DNA of 64,000 bases from an uncultured Candidatus Saccharibacteria bacterium (GTDB taxonomy: Bacteria > Patescibacteriota > Minisyncoccia > UBA6257 > GWB1-50-10), in the NCBI GenBank assembly GCA_964356375.1, contig CAYHGT010000002.1, positions 7,056 to 71,055 of the forward strand. The letters run 5' to 3'. Of this stretch, positions 59,182 through 64,000 are shown one piece after another. Both the position numbers and the translations under genes were made by a program. The stretch's first letter is position 1; every line of letters starts with the position of its first letter. The notes under the pieces were generated by a model. The model was not told the DNA's origin. It did not search any database and was given only the letters and a program-made list of their open reading frames with translations.

Positions 59182-60318
59182 ATGATTATTCGCATCGCAC
59201 TTGTGGGAGGTGGAACTGGAGGACATATGAATCCGCTTCTTGCGGTTGCAGATGAATTGCAAGCAACCCCCGGATTAAATTTACGCATCACATATTTCGG
59301 TCCGGAAACCACAATGGTGGACGAGTTTGAGATTCGCGATATTGCAATTTTTGGAATTGCATCAAGCAAGCTTCGTCGTTATTTTGATTTTAGAAACATC
59401 ATTGATATTCCAAAATTCTTTTTCGGTATTCTCCAAGCACTCGTAAAACTCTACAATGAAATGCCTGATGTCGTCTTTTCAAAAGGCGGACCCGGCGCAC
59501 TTCCTGTTATTATTGTCGCAAAGTGGTATATGATACCGGTCGTCATTCACGAATCAGATGCAATCCCGGGAGTGACAACGCGCCTCTCCGCAATATTCGC
59601 AAAAAGAATCCTTCTGGCATTTGAGGAGGCAGCACAATATTTTCCAGCGAAAAAGGTTCGCGTCGTAGGCAATCCGATACGCAAAGAACTCATGAGCAAC
59701 TATGGCGATACCGCATCGCTAAAAAAAGAAATGCAATTAAATGAGCATCTTCCAAATATTCTGGTGCTTGGTGGTTCACAGGGCTCAACGCGTGTAAATA
59801 ACTTTATTCTTGATTCGCTTCACAAATTCCTTCCGGAAATGCAAGTAACGCATCAAACAGGCACGGCTAATTTTGAAGAAGTACAAGAACAAGCAAAATC
59901 AATACTCAAAGATATTGATGAATCGCTCCGTGCGCGCTATCACCCATATGACTACTTTACAGCAAACAGATTAAAAGAAGCGCTCGGTGCTGCAGACCTC
60001 GTTATCTCCCGTACTGGGGCAAGCGCAATATTTGAGATTGCCGTAGCTGGAAAACCCTCAATACTCATTCCGCTAAGCGACTCTGCAAACAACCATCAAC
60101 GCGCAAATGCATATGCATATGCGCACACAGGCGCGGCATCCGTCGTAGAAGAAGGAAACATGACAACTAATCTTGTATTTTCTCTGATTCATGGAATGTT
60201 GAAGGATGATGCGAGCGTTTCTAAAATAAAATTAGCGGCAAGAGGCTTCTTTAAACCGATGGCGGCACGCGATATTGCCGAGGAAATACTTCAGTTTGTG
60301 CGTGGCGTTTCATTCTAA
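59182..60318 (+). CDS. murG: lipid I N-acetylglucosaminyltransferase
   Basis: GGGTGGH, GNPIR, GGSQG, HQ..NA. Confidence 0.96.
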   Translation: MIIRIALVGGGTGGHMNPLLAVADELQATPGLNLRITYFGPETTMVDEFEIRDIAIFGIASSKLRRYFDFRNIIDIPKFFFGILQALVKLYNEMPDVVFSKGGPGALPVIIVAKWYMIPVVIHESDAIPGVTTRLSAIFAKRILLAFEEAAQYFPAKKVRVVGNPIRKELMSNYGDTASLKKEMQLNEHLPNILVLGGSQGSTRVNNFILDSLHKFLPEMQVTHQTGTANFEEVQEQAKSILKDIDESLRARYHPYDYFTANRLKEALGAADLVISRTGASAIFEIAVAGKPSILIPLSDSANNHQRANAYAYAHTGAASVVEEGNMTTNLVFSLIHGMLKDDASVSKIKLAARGFFKPMAARDIAEEILQFVRGVSF

Positions 60319-60380
60319 ACCTACCCGCCAGTAGGCGGATCTGAATGACAAAGTGCGTATTTCAGGGTATAATCTGAAAT

Positions 60381-61796
60381 ATGGATGTACGCGTGCGTTT
60401 TGCGCCATCACCAACGGGATTCCTGCACCTTGGAGGGGTAAGAACAGCCCTATTTAACTGGCTTTTTGCACGACACGAAGGCGGAAAATTTTTATTGCGC
60501 ATTGAGGATACTGACAAGGAACGCTCGGAAAAGCGCTTTGAGGATGACATACTTCAGAATCTGGAATGGCTTGGCATACTGCCGGACGAACCAATGATTC
60601 GCCAAACAGACCGTCTGGGTGTCTATGAAAAATATTTAACGGCGCTACTTGATGAACGCAAAGCATATTATTGTTTTTGCACACCGGAAGAACTTGAAGA
60701 AGAATATCGCGCACAACTTTCGCAAGGCATAATTCCGAAATATAGTGGAAAATGCAAATTACTTTCCGAGGATGAGGTAGCGGAAAAACTTAAATCAGTT
60801 TCCGCAGTCATTCGCTTAAAGATGCCGGAGCAACTCATTTCGTTCGCCGATATGATACGCGGAAAAGTTGAATTTGATACGACACTATTTGGCGACATTA
60901 TTATTGCAAAAGGTCTTCGCGAGCCACTTTATAATTTTGCGGTTGTAGTAGACGATGCAGAACAAAAAATCACGCACGTTATTCGTGGCGAAGAACACCT
61001 CTCCAATACACCGAAGCAAATTGTTTTGCAAGAAGCGCTTGGATTTCCACTCGTAACCTACGCACACCTTCCGCTTATTTTAGGCGCGGACAAGAAAAAG
61101 CTTTCAAAACGATTTTTAACCAATTCGTTAAACGATTATAAGAATCAAGGATATCTGCCCACCACACTTTTAAATTTTCTCGTCCTGCTTGGCTGGCATC
61201 CAAAAGAAGATAGGGAAGTACTCTCAATCCTTGAAATGATAGACGAATTCTCAATAAAGCGCGTACAAAAAGCGGGCGCTGTCTTTAACCCCGAGAAATT
61301 GGATTGGTTGAATTTTATGCATATCCGCGCAATGGATAAGGATGAACTTGCAAAAAACCTTGTGCCGTTCGTTCATGCAGAGTGGACAAAAGATACGGAA
61401 AGATTCAACCGTTCGGTTGAAATCTCAAAAGACCGCTTAAAAAACTTGTGTGATTTTCAAAAAGATTCCGAATTCATATTCGCGCTACCGGAATACAGCT
61501 CCGCGATTATTTCGTGGAAAAACGCGCCAAATAAAACCATGGCAAAAAATCTGAAACACGTGCGCGCACTTATTGAAAATGCAAAGGATGCCAATTTCCC
61601 GAATGAAGCGCTGAAAAATGAAATTCTGGAGTTCGCGGAAAAAGAGGGGAGAGGTGATGTTCTCTGGCCACTTCGTGTCTCCCTTTCTGGCTTGGAATCG
61701 TCTCCAGGCCCCACAGAACTCCTTTATGTCTTGGGTCGTGAAGAATCACTTATGCGCATTGATAGTGCGCTCCGTAAGTTAAGCGAGTCCTCATAA
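60381..61796 (+). CDS. gltX: glutamate--tRNA ligase
   Basis: RFAPSPTG.LHLG, KLSKR. Confidence 0.98.
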   Translation: MDVRVRFAPSPTGFLHLGGVRTALFNWLFARHEGGKFLLRIEDTDKERSEKRFEDDILQNLEWLGILPDEPMIRQTDRLGVYEKYLTALLDERKAYYCFCTPEELEEEYRAQLSQGIIPKYSGKCKLLSEDEVAEKLKSVSAVIRLKMPEQLISFADMIRGKVEFDTTLFGDIIIAKGLREPLYNFAVVVDDAEQKITHVIRGEEHLSNTPKQIVLQEALGFPLVTYAHLPLILGADKKKLSKRFLTNSLNDYKNQGYLPTTLLNFLVLLGWHPKEDREVLSILEMIDEFSIKRVQKAGAVFNPEKLDWLNFMHIRAMDKDELAKNLVPFVHAEWTKDTERFNRSVEISKDRLKNLCDFQKDSEFIFALPEYSSAIISWKNAPNKTMAKNLKHVRALIENAKDANFPNEALKNEILEFAEKEGRGDVLWPLRVSLSGLESSPGPTELLYVLGREESLMRIDSALRKLSESS

Positions 61797-61799
61797 TTT

Positions 61800-63107
61800 A
61801 TGCGCCGCATACTCGCACAATTAATGCTCCTTGTCTTTATGTCGGCATTTTTGTCCGTTCCATTAACGCGCATAAATGCGGCGAACGACATTGATACGCT
61901 CCAAAAGCAGATTGAGGAAAAGGGATCGGAGCTTCAAAAAATTCAGGCACAACGCGAAACATTGAATAAAGCATTGGAGGAAATAAGCAATTCAAGTAAC
62001 TCCATCAAAAAAGATATTCAGACATACAATTCAAATATCAACGCGCTCAACCTTTCCATTAAAGCGAACGCGACAAATGTGCAAAAACTTGAACTTGAAA
62101 TTCGCTCTCTCTCAGGACAGATTGGGAATATCGGCTCGTCCATTGTCATAAAAAGACAAGCGATTGCAAATCTTCTTGCGGAGTTGCAACAAAAAGAAAA
62201 TGAGGACCTTTTCATGCGAATAATGAGGGGGTACACCTTAAGCCGAAGCATTGCGGAAATAGAAAGTATCACGACATTTAACAACGCCCTTCGCACAAAT
62301 ATTTCCGAACTCCAAAATCTTCGCAAGGACTATACGAATAAGATTGACCAAAATAAGAAAAAGAGGGTGACCAAAGAAGTACAAGCGAATGATTTGGTGA
62401 ACTTGCAACAAATTGTGAAGGAACAGAAAAATGAAAAGCAGAAAGTTCTTGATCAAACAAAAACTCAAGAACAATTTTATTCTCAACAAATTGACGAGCT
62501 TGATAAGAAGCAAGCGGAAATCAGCGCAATTATTGATGAGGCCGAGTACAAACTTCGCTCATCATTTGATCCAACATTATTGCCACTTAAACGCCGTGAT
62601 GTCCTAGGATTCCCGAATGCTGACCCATATATCACGCAATGTTATGGTCCCACAAAATTCGCAGCAAAAGCATATCGCTCAAAAACACATAATGGCATTG
62701 ATTTTGGCGCCCCAATAGGAACGCCCGTACTGGCAACTGAATCGGGAAAGGTAATTAAGGTGAGCAATAATGATCGCGGAACTTCTCGCTGGAATAAATA
62801 TCAATACGGAAAATATATTATCGTGCAACACCAAAATAATCTTGCAACACTATATGCGCATCTCTCCCGCCAAATTGTGAAAGAAGGGCAGACCGTAAAT
62901 CGCGGTGATGTGATAGGTTATAGCGGTAACACTGGATATTCATTCGGTCCGCACACTCACCTCACGGTCTTTTGGGCGCCAAGCATTCAATATAAATCGG
63001 TTCCTCCGGCTGCTGGCGTTGTTCCGATTGGTGTAACCATCAATCCCGTTGATTACTTACCTGACCTCGCAGGAATCTCACACTCAAGCGATTCGGCCTG
63101 TAAATAG
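61800..63107 (+). CDS. coiled-coil M23 peptidase (EnvC/CwlO-like)
   Basis: signal peptide, long coiled coil, HNGID, YAHL, PHTH. Confidence 0.92.
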   Translation: MRRILAQLMLLVFMSAFLSVPLTRINAANDIDTLQKQIEEKGSELQKIQAQRETLNKALEEISNSSNSIKKDIQTYNSNINALNLSIKANATNVQKLELEIRSLSGQIGNIGSSIVIKRQAIANLLAELQQKENEDLFMRIMRGYTLSRSIAEIESITTFNNALRTNISELQNLRKDYTNKIDQNKKKRVTKEVQANDLVNLQQIVKEQKNEKQKVLDQTKTQEQFYSQQIDELDKKQAEISAIIDEAEYKLRSSFDPTLLPLKRRDVLGFPNADPYITQCYGPTKFAAKAYRSKTHNGIDFGAPIGTPVLATESGKVIKVSNNDRGTSRWNKYQYGKYIIVQHQNNLATLYAHLSRQIVKEGQTVNRGDVIGYSGNTGYSFGPHTHLTVFWAPSIQYKSVPPAAGVVPIGVTINPVDYLPDLAGISHSSDSACK

Positions 63108-63136
63108 AAAAAAATAAAAATGCTATAATTAGGTCA

Positions 63137-63544
63137 ATGAAAAGCAAGAATCTATTTCGTCGCATGCTTGTAACACTCGTAACGGTTGTGATTTTTGTCT
63201 CATTTGGCTTTGTTTTGACCCCAAGGCCCGCGATAGCACAAACGGGCGTCACAAGCCCTCTGGATGAGCTTAAAAAGCCATTTCAGGCCCTTGCTGACAC
63301 CTTATCAAGCAAAGTCCCACAGATTGGCTCGAGCGAAAACGCGGGCCGTTTTAAGAGCTTTTTAGAGCGAAATGGCGTCAATTATGGCTCCGTGGGCTCA
63401 TTCCTTGATGGTATTGTTGATTGGTTCAAGGGACTTCTAAATTCAGCAAATTCACCGGCGTTTATCGCGTGGGTGATAGATTTTATAAAACGGGTATTCT
63501 TCCTGTTATTTGAACTTCTAAATAAATTAGTAAGTTATCTGTAG
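63137..63544 (+). CDS. secreted/membrane hypothetical protein
   Basis: signal peptide; TATAAT 7 nt upstream. Confidence 0.75.
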   Translation: MKSKNLFRRMLVTLVTVVIFVSFGFVLTPRPAIAQTGVTSPLDELKKPFQALADTLSSKVPQIGSSENAGRFKSFLERNGVNYGSVGSFLDGIVDWFKGLLNSANSPAFIAWVIDFIKRVFFLLFELLNKLVSYL

Positions 63545-63604
63545 GGTAGTGGCAATAATTTAGTAATCTTCATTTCTTAAATCAGTTCGCGTGCAACACA
63601 GCAA

Positions 63605-63712
63605 GTCCGTTGTGCGTCAGAATCGTTCTGACGCACAACGGACGCTATCTTTTGCGACAGGACCAGACCCAACAGGCATAGTCCTGTCGCAAAAGATATA
63701 TTGTGCGACAGG
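63605..63712. repeat. two adjacent perfect 18 bp inverted repeats
   Basis: 63605-63622/63626-63643 and 63646-63663/63681-63698, plus a partial third copy. Confidence 0.9.
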
Positions 63713-64000
63713 TACAATCTCTTCTAATACCACCTAAACCTCACCTACCCCCACACTTCTCTCCCTATAAACAGGTAGGCCGGGAATTGCGTGTGTATCG
63801 CCACATGTGGCGATTATTTTTTATTCCGTACAAAAACTTCTCGCAATATATTTTCACGAATTATTTTTCAATTTGTTTTTATCAGATTTGCCATATCACA
63901 CCGAATACACATATTCCCCCACTTATGCAATTTTGGGTCAATCTGCCATCTGAGCCGATTTACTGGTATCATACGAAATACACATATGGATGATTTCAAA

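Noticed and set aside
63703-63993. 96 aa ORF at the window end
   Set aside because: Atypical composition, start lies inside the repeat, no recognizable motif.

Overview
A 64 kb chromosomal segment that looks like a Patescibacteria (CPR, Parcubacteria-like) genome. This is inferred from no rpmD between rpsE and rplO, a GAD-less AspRS, a short DnaX, a pilin-LamG fusion, and SD-less or leaderless core genes. It holds nusA, aspS, ndk, tRNA-Pro, the str/S10/spc ribosomal cluster through secY, hisS, a roughly 20 kb accessory block (redox, flavinylation, polysaccharide and orphan genes), tRNA-Gln, dnaX, ychF, scpAB, a partial dcw cluster, gltX and an M23 peptidase. Main observations: (1) Two expression grammars coexist. 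Core genes are leaderless or have A-rich leaders without SD. About 12 scattered accessory genes are self-contained cassettes with a sigma70 promoter, often a boxA-like leader motif, a strong SD and a GC-rich terminator, and one carries a predicted outer-membrane beta-barrel/GT2/deacetylase set. (2) A family of ~100 bp MITE-like elements (CCCGTTAGA...TCTAACGGG) with 6 bp flanking direct repeats sits exactly on start codons and on a -35 box. (3) Nested palindromic repeats are inserted in frame in aspS and in the pilin leader. (4) There is a probable 6S RNA. (5) There is an unannotated 55 aa Cys/His-rich metallothionein-like peptide. (6) uL3 has a large internal deletion. All calls come from reading the sequence; no database searches were run.
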